Assembly: GCA_963741725.1 (NCBI GenBank)
Contig: CAVUJC010000011.1
Coordinates: 126,524-190,523 of the forward strand
Reading direction: 5' to 3'
DNA length: 64,000 nucleotides
From: an uncultured Alphaproteobacteria bacterium
GTDB lineage: Bacteria; Pseudomonadota; Alphaproteobacteria; Micropepsales; Micropepsaceae
Below, piece after piece: positions 28,987 to 39,900 of the stretch; position 1 is the first letter of the stretch; each line of letters opens with the position of its first letter. The notes under the pieces are model-generated. The model was not told the DNA's origin and made no database searches. It saw only the letters and a program-made list of their open reading frames with translations. The translations under genes were made by a program, and so were the position numbers.

Positions 28987-30255
28987 ATGACAGACAAGCC
29001 CGGCTGGTACGATGCGGGCCTGCCGCATATCTGGCTGCCTTACACGCAGATGAAGACGACGCGGCCGCCGCTGGCGGTCGAGCTGACACGCGGCACGCGC
29101 ATCGTGCTGGCCGACGGGCGCGAGCTCGTCGACGGCATCGCGAGCTGGTGGACCGCCTGCCACGGCTACAACCATCCGCATATTGTCGGCGCCATCCGCG
29201 CGCAGGCGGCCAAGATGCCTCACGTCATGCTGGGCGGGCTGGTCCACGAACAGGCGCTGACGCTGGCCCAACGGCTGTGCGCCATCGCGCCGGGCGGGAT
29301 GGAGCGCGTGTTCTTCTCCAACTCCGGTTCCGTAGCAGTCGAGGTCGCCATGAAGATGGCGACGCAATACTGGCTGAACCAGAACATCCGTGGACGGACG
29401 AAGTTCCTCGCCTTCCGCGGCGGCTATCACGGCGACACGATCGCGACGATGGCGGTCTGCGATCCCGACGAAGGCATGCACAGCCTGTTCGCGGGGCTCC
29501 TGCCGCAGCATCACATCGTCGATCTGCCGCGCGACGAAGAGAGCATCGCCGCGTTCGATGCGTTTCTTGAGCGTCACGCTTCCGAGATCGCCGGCATCCT
29601 GGTCGAACCGCTCGTGCAGGGCGCTGGCGGCATGCTGTTCCATGACGAGAATGTACTGCGCCGGTTGCGCGCCGCGGCGGACAAATACGAACTGCTTCTC
29701 ATCTTCGACGAGATCTTCACCGGATTCGGCCGCACCGGCGCAATGTTCGCCGCAGAGGCGGCAGGCATCGCGCCCGACATCATGACGGTCGGCAAAGGGC
29801 TGACCGGCGGAACGCTGCCACTCGCCGCGACGCTCGCGACGCGTAGGGTGTTCGACGCGTTCTGGTCGGATGACCCGTCGCATGCGCTGATGCACGGCCC
29901 CACCTACATGGGCAATGCGCTGGCCTGCGCGGCAGCCAACGCCTCCCTGGATCTGTTTGAACGCGAAAACCGTCTGAAGGCTGCCTGCGACATGGCGGCC
30001 AGGTTGAGCCTGGCCCTTGGACCCTGTCTCGGCATGAAAGGTGTGCGCGACGTCCGTGTGCGCGGCGCCATCGGCGTCGTCGAACTGGACCAAATCGCCG
30101 ATATGAACGATCTTAAGCGCCGGTTCGTCGAAGAAGGCGTCTGGGTGCGTCCGTTCCGCAATATTGTCTATCTCACCCCCGCGCTGACCATCGACGAAGC
30201 CGATCTGACGATGCTGACGGACGCCATCCAGCGCGTCGTCGGCCAGGGGGTCTGA
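28987..30255 (+). CDS. bioA: Adenosylmethionine-8-amino-7-oxononanoate aminotransferase
   Basis: DGIASWWTACHGY, SGSVAVEVAMKMA, DEIFTGFGRTG, GKGLTGG. Confidence 0.95.
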   Translation: MTDKPGWYDAGLPHIWLPYTQMKTTRPPLAVELTRGTRIVLADGRELVDGIASWWTACHGYNHPHIVGAIRAQAAKMPHVMLGGLVHEQALTLAQRLCAIAPGGMERVFFSNSGSVAVEVAMKMATQYWLNQNIRGRTKFLAFRGGYHGDTIATMAVCDPDEGMHSLFAGLLPQHHIVDLPRDEESIAAFDAFLERHASEIAGILVEPLVQGAGGMLFHDENVLRRLRAAADKYELLLIFDEIFTGFGRTGAMFAAEAAGIAPDIMTVGKGLTGGTLPLAATLATRRVFDAFWSDDPSHALMHGPTYMGNALACAAANASLDLFERENRLKAACDMAARLSLALGPCLGMKGVRDVRVRGAIGVVELDQIADMNDLKRRFVEEGVWVRPFRNIVYLTPALTIDEADLTMLTDAIQRVVGQGV

Positions 30256-30257
30256 CG

Positions 30258-30464
30258 ATGCGTATCCCGTCCTTCGTGATCTATCTGGCCATCATCGTCC
30301 TAGGGGCTCTGGTCCTGAACGTGGCCCTGTCGTTCCTGGATCTGGACGTCATGCCCGGCGACATCGTGATCAGCCGTCCGGGCCTGAATATCCACATATC
30401 CGTGCTGTATTCGCTGGGGGCCAGCGTCAGTCTGGCACTTCTCTTTTGGTGGTGGCGGAAGTAA
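30258..30464 (+). CDS. Small membrane protein (DUF2905-like)
   Basis: Two TM segments flanking PGDIVISRPG. Confidence 0.6.
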   Translation: MRIPSFVIYLAIIVLGALVLNVALSFLDLDVMPGDIVISRPGLNIHISVLYSLGASVSLALLFWWWRK

Positions 30465-30499
30465 TACCGACCGTAACCCCGTAAGCCCCGAGTCGCATC

Positions 30500-32098
30500 A
30501 TGACGCTCCGCCCCATCCGCCGCGCGTTGCTTTCCGTTTCCGACAAGTCCGGCCTCGTCGATTTCGCCAAGGGCCTTGTCCGACACGGCGTTTTCCTGAT
30601 CTCGACCGGCGGCACGGCAAAGGCGCTGCGCGATGCCGGCCTTCAGGTCGCCGACATTTCGGAGATCACGCACTTTCCCGAAATGATGGACGGCCGCGTG
30701 AAGACACTGCATCCGATGGTGCATGGCGGCCTGCTCTCGCTGCGTGACAAGAAAGATCACGCCGAGGCGATGAAGACCCACGGAATCGAGGCCATCGATC
30801 TCCTCGTCTCCAATCTCTACCCCTTCGAGGCGACGGTCGAAAAAGGCGCGAGCTTTGAGGAGACGATCGAGCAGATCGATATCGGCGGCCCGGCGATGAC
30901 GCGCTCGGCAGCCAAGAACCACGAATGGGTCACGGTGGTGGTCGACACCGATGACTACGCCGCCGTGCTGGCGGAGATGGATGCGAACAAGGGCGCGACA
31001 TCCGCCGCGCTGCGCCGCAAGCTGGCGCAGGTCGCGTTCGCGCGTACCGCTGCCTATGACAGCGCCGTCTCCAACTGGTTCGCCGGACAACTCGCGAAGG
31101 ACGGGGACAAGGAGCCGCCACGCCGCCGCGCTTTTGCCGGCACGCTGCGCCAGTCGCTGCGCTACGGCGAGAACCCGCATCAGGAAGCCGCGTTCTACGC
31201 CACAGGCGAAAAGCGCTTCGGCGTCGCGACGGCACAGCAGCTCCAGGGCAAGGAGCTGTCCTACAACAACATCAACGACACCGATGCCGCCTACGAGCTG
31301 GTAGCAGAGTTTGCGCCGTCCGCCTCGGCCGCCTGCGCCATCATCAAGCATGCCAATCCCTGCGGAGTGGCGATGGGCACATCTCTGGTGGAGGCCTACA
31401 AGAAGGCGCTCGCCTGCGATCCCGTCAGCGCATTCGGCGGCGTGCTGGCGTTCAACAGGACGCTCGACGGCGCGACGGCAGAAGAAATCACCAAGATCTT
31501 CACGGAGGTGATCATCGCGCCCGACGCCGATGCCGATGCCCGCAAGGTTCTCGCGGCGCGCAGGAACGTCCGCGTGCTGATCGCAGGCGGCCTGCCCGAT
31601 CCGAATTCGGCCGGCCTGACATTCCGCAGCGTGTCCGGCGGCTTCCTCGTCCAGACGCGCGACAACGGCAAGGTCACGCGCGACATGCTCAAGATCGTTA
31701 CCAAGCGCCAGCCGACAGAGCAGGAAATCACCGACATGCTGCTCGCCTTCACCATCGGCAAGCACGTGAAGTCCAACGCCATCGTCTATGTGAAGGACGG
31801 CGCCACCGCCGCCGTCGGCGCCGGCCAGATGAGCCGGGTGGATTCCGCACGCATCGCCGCCATCAAGGCGCGCGACGCCGCCAAGGCCGCCGGATGGCCC
31901 GAGCCGAAGACAGTCGGTTCCTCAGCCGCGTCCGAGGCCTTTTTCCCCTTCCCGGACGGATTGCTCGCCGTCGCAGAAGCGGGCGCCACGGCTGTCATCC
32001 AGCCTGGCGGCTCGATCGGCGACAAGGATGTGATTGCAGCGGCCGACGAGGCCGGCCTTGCCATGGCCTTTACGGGGATGCGCCACTTCCGGCACTGA
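30500..32098 (+). CDS. purH: Bifunctional AICAR transformylase/IMP cyclohydrolase
   Basis: [44 protein letters not shown]. Confidence 0.98.
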   Translation: MTLRPIRRALLSVSDKSGLVDFAKGLVRHGVFLISTGGTAKALRDAGLQVADISEITHFPEMMDGRVKTLHPMVHGGLLSLRDKKDHAEAMKTHGIEAIDLLVSNLYPFEATVEKGASFEETIEQIDIGGPAMTRSAAKNHEWVTVVVDTDDYAAVLAEMDANKGATSAALRRKLAQVAFARTAAYDSAVSNWFAGQLAKDGDKEPPRRRAFAGTLRQSLRYGENPHQEAAFYATGEKRFGVATAQQLQGKELSYNNINDTDAAYELVAEFAPSASAACAIIKHANPCGVAMGTSLVEAYKKALACDPVSAFGGVLAFNRTLDGATAEEITKIFTEVIIAPDADADARKVLAARRNVRVLIAGGLPDPNSAGLTFRSVSGGFLVQTRDNGKVTRDMLKIVTKRQPTEQEITDMLLAFTIGKHVKSNAIVYVKDGATAAVGAGQMSRVDSARIAAIKARDAAKAAGWPEPKTVGSSAASEAFFPFPDGLLAVAEAGATAVIQPGGSIGDKDVIAAADEAGLAMAFTGMRHFRH

Positions 32099-32285
32099 GC
32101 CTGCGGCCATAGGCGCTGAGCGCGAGCTGCGCGAGGTCCGCCTCGCTCTGTGGTTGCGTGCCTGCGCTGTCTTCCAGCCGTTCGGCCAGAATGATCATGC
32201 GCGCCCGCTTGGACAGCGGGCCAGGATTCTTTGCGCTGTCACGAAGGATTTGCGCTACCTGCAGACATTTTTCGACGTCACTCAT
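32070..32285 (-). CDS. Small hypothetical protein
   Basis: 71-aa ORF convergent with purH (29-bp overlap); helical N-terminus. Confidence 0.35.
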   Translation of the reverse strand: MSDVEKCLQVAQILRDSAKNPGPLSKRARMIILAERLEDSAGTQPQSEADLAQLALSAYGRRLSAGSGASP

Positions 32286-32577
32286 TTACGAAATAAGGCA
32301 CGGCGCGCACCCAAAATTCGTGACGCAGATCAAAAACGCCGACAATTTTTGCCGCGGAGTTATCCAATGCGCCGCGCGAACGCCGCGACAAAACGTCAGC
32401 ATTTGAAGGACCAATTGCGGCGCTCGGGCGGCGCCGCTGTTGGATAAGTCGGAGACGGAAGAATTCCGTCAGAAGTTTCTTTTGTAAGAACCCAGCGCGC
32501 TCTTGAACCGAGTCGGTCAAATCACCAATTGCGCTATATCCCGACCCGTGCGTGTGAACCGCTGCAACGCAGTCGCG

Positions 32578-34110
32578 CTAGAGCGCCACGGCGCGTTCTT
32601 CCTTGACGAACGCCATCCAGATCAGGCCGGCGATCAGAAAGACGATGATCGCCAGCATTCCGCCGCGCTGGCTGGCAGTCCAAGCGGTCATGAACGTGAC
32701 CGAGACATTGGCGAGAAACGTCGTCGACGTGCCGGAGAGCGACATCAGGCCGAAGAACTCGGTCATCTTCTCCGGCGGCGCGAGCCTTGCCATCATCGTG
32801 CGGGCGTTCGCATAGCCGGCGGTGATGAACACGGCGACGCCGTTGACGATCATGAGGAAAAGCACCTGCGGCCAGGTGTTGAAGAACGGCAGACCGTTGA
32901 TCGGCGGCAGGTGCGTGTCGTAGCGGATGAACCAGAGGATGCGATCCGGCCCCATCGTCAGGCTGAGCGAGAAGAACAGCAGGGTGCCGCCGATGCTGAC
33001 GAACAATGCGCGCTTGGAGCCGAGATTGTTGTCGAGCCAGCCGCCGAAGAATCCGCCGACCACGGCGAAGACGCTGAGCTCGAGGCCGTACATGATCATC
33101 GGCAGCGCGCCCCAATGGAACGTGCCGGCGGCGAAGATGCCGCCGAAGGTCAGGACCGCCGTCATGCCGTCGTTGAACAGCATGCGTGCGCCGAGATAGT
33201 GCGCGATGTTGCGATAGTGCCGAAGGCTCTTGATCGTGCGCCACACCGAGCGTGCGCCGCTGGTGATCGCGTGTCCGATGCCGAGGCCGACGCTCGGCCG
33301 GTCAGGCGTGAAGAGGAACAGAGGAATCGCAAAAAGCAGCAGCCAGACGCCGGAGATCGGTCCGGAGAGCCGTTCCGGATCGTGCGCCGCCTGGCTGACG
33401 CCGAACCAGGGATGCAGCGGGATGAAGCTCCAGTTGACCTGCCCTGGCAGCGAGAAGAACACCATCATGAACGCCAGCATGAGAATGCCGGCAAGATTGC
33501 CCAGCGAGAGGCCGAGGCCCGATAGGGGACCGACGCGATTGTGCGGAGCGATCGTCGGCAGCATCGCACTGTGGAACACCGACGAGAATTCGTAGGAGAA
33601 GTTCGTCACCGCGACGAGGACGCCGATCACGACGATGCCGGCCCAGGACGAGTGCGGCTGCGCCTGCCACATCAGGACCATGCACACCGCCATGATCAGC
33701 GTGTAGACCGCGATCCAGGGCTTGCGCCTGCCGCCGACATCGGCGACCGCGCCGAGGAAGGGCGCCGCGACAGCAGTCGCGAATCCGCCATAGCTCGAGA
33801 ACGCGGCCCACAATTGCTGGCCCTTTACGGGATCGCCGACGACAGTCGTCGTGAAATATGGGGCAAAGAGATAGATCGTGACGAGAAGGACATAGGGAAT
33901 GCGCGCCCATTCGAACATCGCCCAGGAAATCTGGCCGAGCCTGCTTGCTATGGGACCGCCCGTGGCTGACGTGCCGGCCGGCTTGTGCAGCCAGGCGGCA
34001 AGGCCCGTCGCTTCGACGCCGGCCATCGATGCAGGATTTCCGCTGGGTTCCAGGACTGCGGCGTCGATCGTGTCTAAAGCAGTCGATTCCGCATCATTGG
34101 AAGACTTCAC
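32578..34110 (-). CDS. MFS transporter (UMF1/ATG22-like)
   Basis: SWAMFEWARIPY, LGAVADVGGRRK, ARTMMARLAPPEKMTEFFGL. Confidence 0.85.
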   Translation of the reverse strand: MKSSNDAESTALDTIDAAVLEPSGNPASMAGVEATGLAAWLHKPAGTSATGGPIASRLGQISWAMFEWARIPYVLLVTIYLFAPYFTTTVVGDPVKGQQLWAAFSSYGGFATAVAAPFLGAVADVGGRRKPWIAVYTLIMAVCMVLMWQAQPHSSWAGIVVIGVLVAVTNFSYEFSSVFHSAMLPTIAPHNRVGPLSGLGLSLGNLAGILMLAFMMVFFSLPGQVNWSFIPLHPWFGVSQAAHDPERLSGPISGVWLLLFAIPLFLFTPDRPSVGLGIGHAITSGARSVWRTIKSLRHYRNIAHYLGARMLFNDGMTAVLTFGGIFAAGTFHWGALPMIMYGLELSVFAVVGGFFGGWLDNNLGSKRALFVSIGGTLLFFSLSLTMGPDRILWFIRYDTHLPPINGLPFFNTWPQVLFLMIVNGVAVFITAGYANARTMMARLAPPEKMTEFFGLMSLSGTSTTFLANVSVTFMTAWTASQRGGMLAIIVFLIAGLIWMAFVKEERAVAL

Positions 34111-34579
34111 CAGCGTCCACTCCCCAAATCACTTTTCTGTCGACCCAACCATCGACGCCCGAGGTTTCGACCTCGCAGACTTCAGGCTTGCATGCCTTCA
34201 GCTTGGCCACAACGCCGGGTTCGGCGTAGGCGATGATCTTGGAGGACGGAGAGGAATCGCCATGAATGGCCGATGGCGAAAATCCGACGAAGAGGGCCGT
34301 GCGCATGTCGGACAGTTGCGTGTGATGCATCCAGCCGACGGTGCCGTCGGCATCTTTGACCCGCCGCCAGGCGTCGTAGCTTTCGATGACTCTGAGCGGA
34401 TAATCCTTGCGCTGATAAATCCAGAGTATCTTGTGCGCGTAGGACGGGCCTTCGCGCAGGAACGCCTGCTCCTTTCGGATGCTTGCATAGTGCGGCGGCG
34501 GATCGGCGGCGTTGGCCGGACTTGCAAACACTGTCAACACCGACAGAGCGACGAGGCGGCAAAGTGATGTGGTTTTCAT
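34094..34579 (-). CDS. Bacterial SH3 domain protein (SH3_4 repeats)
   Basis: Signal peptide; LREGPSYAHKILWIY, WRRVKDADGTVGWMH, GVDGWV. Confidence 0.85.
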   Translation of the reverse strand: MKTTSLCRLVALSVLTVFASPANAADPPPHYASIRKEQAFLREGPSYAHKILWIYQRKDYPLRVIESYDAWRRVKDADGTVGWMHHTQLSDMRTALFVGFSPSAIHGDSSPSSKIIAYAEPGVVAKLKACKPEVCEVETSGVDGWVDRKVIWGVDAGEVFQ

Positions 34580-34640
34580 CTGCGGGGAATCATACTCACA
34601 ACTGCGACTTTTACGAGATACTGCTGTAGTTCATTTGACG

Positions 34641-34820
34641 CGGCGCAGCGAACCGACTTAGGTTCCCGCCACGCGCTTGGTCTAGGGAACGCGGTGCAAC
34701 ACCGCGGCTGCCCCCGCAACTGTAACCGGAGAGCGAACCATTCAGTTGCCACTGAGGTGAAAGCCTTGGGAAGGCGGATGGGGAGCGATGAACCGGGAGC
34801 CAGGAAACCTGCCTCGCGCC
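34641..34820 (+). ncRNA. Cobalamin (AdoCbl) riboswitch
   Basis: AGGT..AGGGAA, GCGGTGCAACACCGCG, GCCCCCGCAACTGT (34710-23), GCCACTG (34748-54), GGGAAGGC (34768-75), GAGCCAGGAAACCTGCC (34797-813); upstream of TonB receptor. Confidence 0.95.
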
Positions 34821-34980
34821 GTCGTCCTGTTTCCGTCCGGGGTGTGACGGGGGCTGCGGGGGAAACCGTCGCGACGACAATTGGAGTCGTCGCCGCGGGG
34901 CCCGGATGCGTTTGAAGCGTTTGCTCAAAGTCGTAAGGCGTTGCCGCGTGCCGGCTTCTGGAACCAACCAGGAGAAGGTC

Positions 34981-36912
34981 ATGCAGAAATTGTTGCCATC
35001 AACCGCAGCGCTCAGCGTGCTGCTTGTGTCGAGTGCCGCCGCATCGGCGGATGAAGTCGAGACGGTGGTCATCACCGCCACGCGAACCGAACAGCCCGTG
35101 GAAAAAACCGGAGCGTCGCTCAGCCTGATCACCGCAGAAGATCTGAAGACACAGCAGACGTTGGTGCTGAGCGATATCCTGAAGGAAGTGCCCTCGCTCA
35201 TCATCAACCGCACCGGCGGCGTCGGACAGGTGACGACGGTCAGCATCCGCGGTGCCGAACAGGGACAGACCGTGACGCTGATCGACGGTATTCGGATCAA
35301 CGATCCCAGCGACGGATCGGAAGGCGCGATTTACGGCGACGTGCTGGCGAACAACATCTCCCGCGTGGAGATCCTGCGCGGCCCGCAGTCGACGCTCTAC
35401 GGCAGCGACGCGATCGGCGGCGTCGTCAACATCATCAGCAAGCGCGGCGGCGGGGCGCCGTTCGCGCTGGACGCGAGCGCAGAAGGCGGATCCTTCGGAA
35501 CCTTCCATGCCAACGTCGCGGCCAACGGCACGACGGACGCAGTCGAGTATGGAGCAGCCTTGAATTACTACACGACGACCGGCGTCTCTGCGGCGGACTC
35601 GCGCAACGGCAATACCGAACCCGACGGCTACAGAAACTACGGCGCAACCTTCAATATCCGGGCCCATCTGGACGACACGGTCAGCGTCGACGCCCGCGGC
35701 TATTACACCAATGGGCACGACCGCTTCGACGACAATTTTCCGCCGCCGAAATTCATCGTCGCGGATTCGAACGCGAACAACACCAATGAACTGGACGCCG
35801 GATATCTCGGGTTGAATGCGGACTTTTTCGATGGGACGTTCCGCAACCGCATCGCCATCATCGCGACATCGAGCGCGCGGCAGTTCTTCGATTCCGCGTT
35901 TGACACGATTCACCTGAACTTCGACGATTTCGGCAATGTCGTGAGGCTCGAGTATCAGGGCATTGTCGACGTTGATCGCGACACGCAGCTCACATTTGGG
36001 GCGGAAACGCAGGAGAGTTCGTTTCGTGGCGACAGCTTCAGCTCGTTCACGGCCGTTGTGAGAACGGTTGGGCGCGACAGGCTGACGGGATACTACGCGC
36101 AGGCACAACACACATTGTTCGACCAGGTCACGCTGACCGGCGGCGTGAGGCTCGATGACGACCAGGAATTCGGCACGCACACCTCGTTCAAGCTCAACGG
36201 TGCGTGGCAGGTTCCCGGCTGGGACGCGACTGTGCACGCCAATGTCGGCAATGGCTTCAAGGCGCCGACGCTGTTTCAGCTTTTCTCGGCCAACTCCAAT
36301 CCGCTCACGGCGCTGAAGCCCGAGACGGCGACGGGCTGGGAAGTAGGCTTCGACAAGTCTTTCTGGGACGGCGGCCTGCGCGGCTCGCTCACCTGGTTCG
36401 AACGCAACACCACGAACCAGATCGACTTCCAGAACTGCTTCAGTGCAGCGGATGCGCCGGGCTGCGACCAACGTCTGGCTGCGTTCGGGTTCTTCATCAA
36501 TATCGACAAGACGCGTGCACAGGGCCTGGAGGCGTCGCTTGATGCAAAGCTGGCGGACACGCTGACCGCGTCGCTGAATTGGACCAACATGTCGGCGATC
36601 AATGTGGTGAACCGGCTGGACCTGGCGCGTCGCCCGCAGAACCTCGGCAGCGCGGTCATTACCTGGGTGCCCCTGCCCGGCGCGAGTTTCGGCGGCAGCG
36701 TCACCTATCAGGGCAAGCGGTTCAACGACGCAGGCAATCTCGAACCGCTGACCAGCAACACGACCGTCAATCTCTTCGGATCCTATGATCTGAGCGAGAA
36801 GTGGCAGCTGTTCGGGCGCATCGACAATGTGTTCAACGACCGCACCGAACAGGTCCTGAACGACGGCGTGCCCGGAATAGGCGCCTTTGCCGGGGTCAGG
36901 GCCGCCTTCTAG
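34981..36912 (+). CDS. btuB: TonB-dependent vitamin B12 receptor
   Basis: TonB box ETVVITA, plug RVEILRGPQSTLYGSDAIGGVVNII, terminal Phe; B12 riboswitch upstream. Confidence 0.85.
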   Translation: MQKLLPSTAALSVLLVSSAAASADEVETVVITATRTEQPVEKTGASLSLITAEDLKTQQTLVLSDILKEVPSLIINRTGGVGQVTTVSIRGAEQGQTVTLIDGIRINDPSDGSEGAIYGDVLANNISRVEILRGPQSTLYGSDAIGGVVNIISKRGGGAPFALDASAEGGSFGTFHANVAANGTTDAVEYGAALNYYTTTGVSAADSRNGNTEPDGYRNYGATFNIRAHLDDTVSVDARGYYTNGHDRFDDNFPPPKFIVADSNANNTNELDAGYLGLNADFFDGTFRNRIAIIATSSARQFFDSAFDTIHLNFDDFGNVVRLEYQGIVDVDRDTQLTFGAETQESSFRGDSFSSFTAVVRTVGRDRLTGYYAQAQHTLFDQVTLTGGVRLDDDQEFGTHTSFKLNGAWQVPGWDATVHANVGNGFKAPTLFQLFSANSNPLTALKPETATGWEVGFDKSFWDGGLRGSLTWFERNTTNQIDFQNCFSAADAPGCDQRLAAFGFFINIDKTRAQGLEASLDAKLADTLTASLNWTNMSAINVVNRLDLARRPQNLGSAVITWVPLPGASFGGSVTYQGKRFNDAGNLEPLTSNTTVNLFGSYDLSEKWQLFGRIDNVFNDRTEQVLNDGVPGIGAFAGVRAAF

Positions 36913-36962
36913 GTTGGGCCGGGACATGGCAGAGTCCGGGATCGCTATTCCCGGACCCTGTC

Positions 36963-39900
36963 ATGACCTTCAAAAACATCCTGATCGCCAATCGCGGCGA
37001 GATCGCCATCCGCATTGCCCGTGCGGCATCCGATCTCGGTATCCATACGGTCGCCATCTATTCCGGCGACGACGCCCATTCGCTGCACGTGACCGCTGCG
37101 GACTCCGCTCAGGCGCTCGGCGCGGACGGCGTCGCGGCATATCTGGACATTGCGCGCGTGATCGCATGCGCCAAGGCGGCGGGCTGCGATGCCATTCACC
37201 CGGGCTACGGCTTTCTGAGCGAGAACGCAGAATTCGCGACGGCGTGTGAAAAGGCCGGCCTGACTTTCATCGGGCCGAGCCCGCATGTCCTGTCGATCTT
37301 CGGCGACAAGGCGCGGGCGCGCGCGCTGGCGGAACGCTTCGGCGTGCCGGTTCTTGCGGGTACCAAGGGACCTGCGACGCTGGAGGAGATGCGCACATTT
37401 TTCAGGGCGCAGAAGCGGCCGATCATCATCAAGGCGATCGCCGGCGGCGGTGGGCGCGGCATGCGCATCGTGAGCACGGCCGAGGAACTCGAAAGCGCCT
37501 ACAACCGCTGCAAGTCCGAAGCGCTGGCGTCGTTCGGCAACGATGCCGTCTACGGCGAAGTCTTCATGCCCAAGGCGCGGCACATCGAGATCCAGGTAGC
37601 CGGCGACGGAAAATCGGCGAGCCACATCTGGGAGCGCGACTGCACCCTGCAGCGCCGCCACCAGAAGATCGTCGAATATGCGCCCGCGCCGGATCTGGAT
37701 CCGGACCTGCGCAAGCAGTTGTGCGACGCAGCCGTGTGGCTCGCAGACGACGTTGCGCTGCGCGGACTTGCGACATTCGAGTTTCTGGTCGACCCAAATC
37801 CGCCACGCCATGCAGCGGCGTTCGCGTTCATCGAGGCGAACCCGCGGCTGCAGGTCGAGCATACGGTGACGGAGGAAGTGACCGGCATCGATCTTGTCGC
37901 AGTGCAGATCGACCTTGTGCGCGGCAAGACGCTGAAGGAAATCGGACTGAAGCAGGAAGACATACCCGAGCCGCGCGGCTTTGCCGTGCAGTTGCGCGTG
38001 AGCATGGAGAAGATGGAAACCGACGGAACGATCAAGCCCTCGGGCGGAACGCTACGTCGTTTCGTGCCGCCGTCGGGCCCGGGCGTGCGCGTCGATACGT
38101 TCGGCTACGAAGGCTATACGACGAACCCCGGCTACGATCCGCTGCTCGCCAAGGTGATCGTGCATGGACCCGACTTCACCGCGACGATGGCGCGGGCGCG
38201 ACGTGCATTGTCGGAATTCGTGATCGACGGCGTGCAGACCAATATTCCATTCCTCCACGCGCTGATCAGCGACGAGCGCGTTTTGAACGGCGACACCAGC
38301 ACGCGCTTCGTGCAGGAAAACACCGCGGACCTTGTCGCAAAAGCGCTGAACTGGAAGCCGGCCGCCGGCATGACAACCGCGCCGGCGGCGGCACGTGTCG
38401 CGACGAGCTTCGCACCCGCGCCTGCCGGTACAACGGCGGTTCTGGCACCGATGCAGGGCAAGATCATCAGCATCGACGTGAAAGTCGGCGACGTGGTGCC
38501 TGTGGGTGCCAATGTTGCAGTTCTCGAAGCGATGAAGATGGAGCACCTTGTGGGCGCCGCGGTGTCGGGACGCGTCCACTCGATCGCCGGCGCACCGGGA
38601 ACCGTTCTCGCCGAGGGCGAGCCGTTCCTCTTCCTCGTTCCGGAGGACGTTTCGGCGGCCGGCGAAGCCGCCCGGGAAACGTACGATCCTGATTTCATCC
38701 GCGCCGACCTCGCCGAGTCCAATGCGCGACACGCCTTCAGTCTGGACGAGAACCGGCCTGACGCCGTCGCGCGCCGGCGCAAAACGAACCAGCGCACCGC
38801 GCGCGAAAACCTGGATCAACTCTGCGATCCGGGCAGCTTCATCGAATATGGCGCGATGGCGTTCGCCGCGCAGCGCCGCCGCCGCACGCTGGAGGATCTG
38901 ATCAAGAACACGCCGGGCGACGGCATCATCACGGGCATCGGCACGGTGAATGCCGCCGACTTCGGCGAACACAAGGCGCGCTGCGCCGTGATGGCCTATG
39001 ACTACACCGTCCTTGCCGGAACGCAGGGTGCGATGAACCATCAGAAGAAGGATCGCCTTCTGAAGGTCGCGGAGGAATGGAAGCTTCCGATCGTCTGCTT
39101 TGCCGAGGGCGGCGGCGGACGGCCCGGCGACACCGATATTCCGGGAGTCGCCGGTCTCGATGTGCCGACGTTCCGGCAGTATGCAAAGCTGTCGGGGCTC
39201 ATTCCGCGCGTCGGCATCAATTCAGGCCGCTGTTTTGCCGGCAATGCCGCCCTGCTCGGCTGCAGCGATGTCATCATCGCGGCGGCCAATTCGAACATCG
39301 GCATGGGCGGTCCGGCGATGATCGAAGGCGGTGGCCTGGGCGTCTACACGCCGGACGAAGTCGGACCGATGTCGGTGCAGGTGCCTAACGGCGTCGTCGA
39401 TATCGCGGTTGCCGACGAGATCGAAGCCATCGAAGCCGCCAAGAAATATCTCGGCTACTTCCAGGGCACGCTCGGCAAGTGGGACGCTGCGAACCAAAAG
39501 GAACTGCGCCATCTCATTCCGGAGAACCGCCTGCGCGTCTATGAAAGTCGCAAGGTGATCGAAACGCTGGCGGATACGGGTTCGGTGCTCGAACTGCGTC
39601 CGGAATTCGGTCCTGGAATGCTGACGGCGCTGATCCGGATAGAGGGCGTGCCGTTCGGGCTGATCGCAAACAACCCGATGCACCTGGCCGGCGCAATCGA
39701 CGGGCCCTGCGCCGACAAGGCAGCGCGCTTCCTGCAGTTATGCGATGCGTTCGGCCTGCCGATCATCTCGCTCTGCGATACGCCGGGCTTCATGGTGGGT
39801 CCGGAAGCCGAAAAGAGCTCCCTCGTGCGCCGCGTCAGCCGCATGTTCGTGGTCGGCGGCGCGCTCAGCGTACCGATCTTCACTGTCGTTTTGCGCAAGG

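Noticed and set aside
30465-30499. ZTP (pfl) riboswitch ahead of purH
   Set aside because: Intergenic gap is only 35 bp with no motif elements
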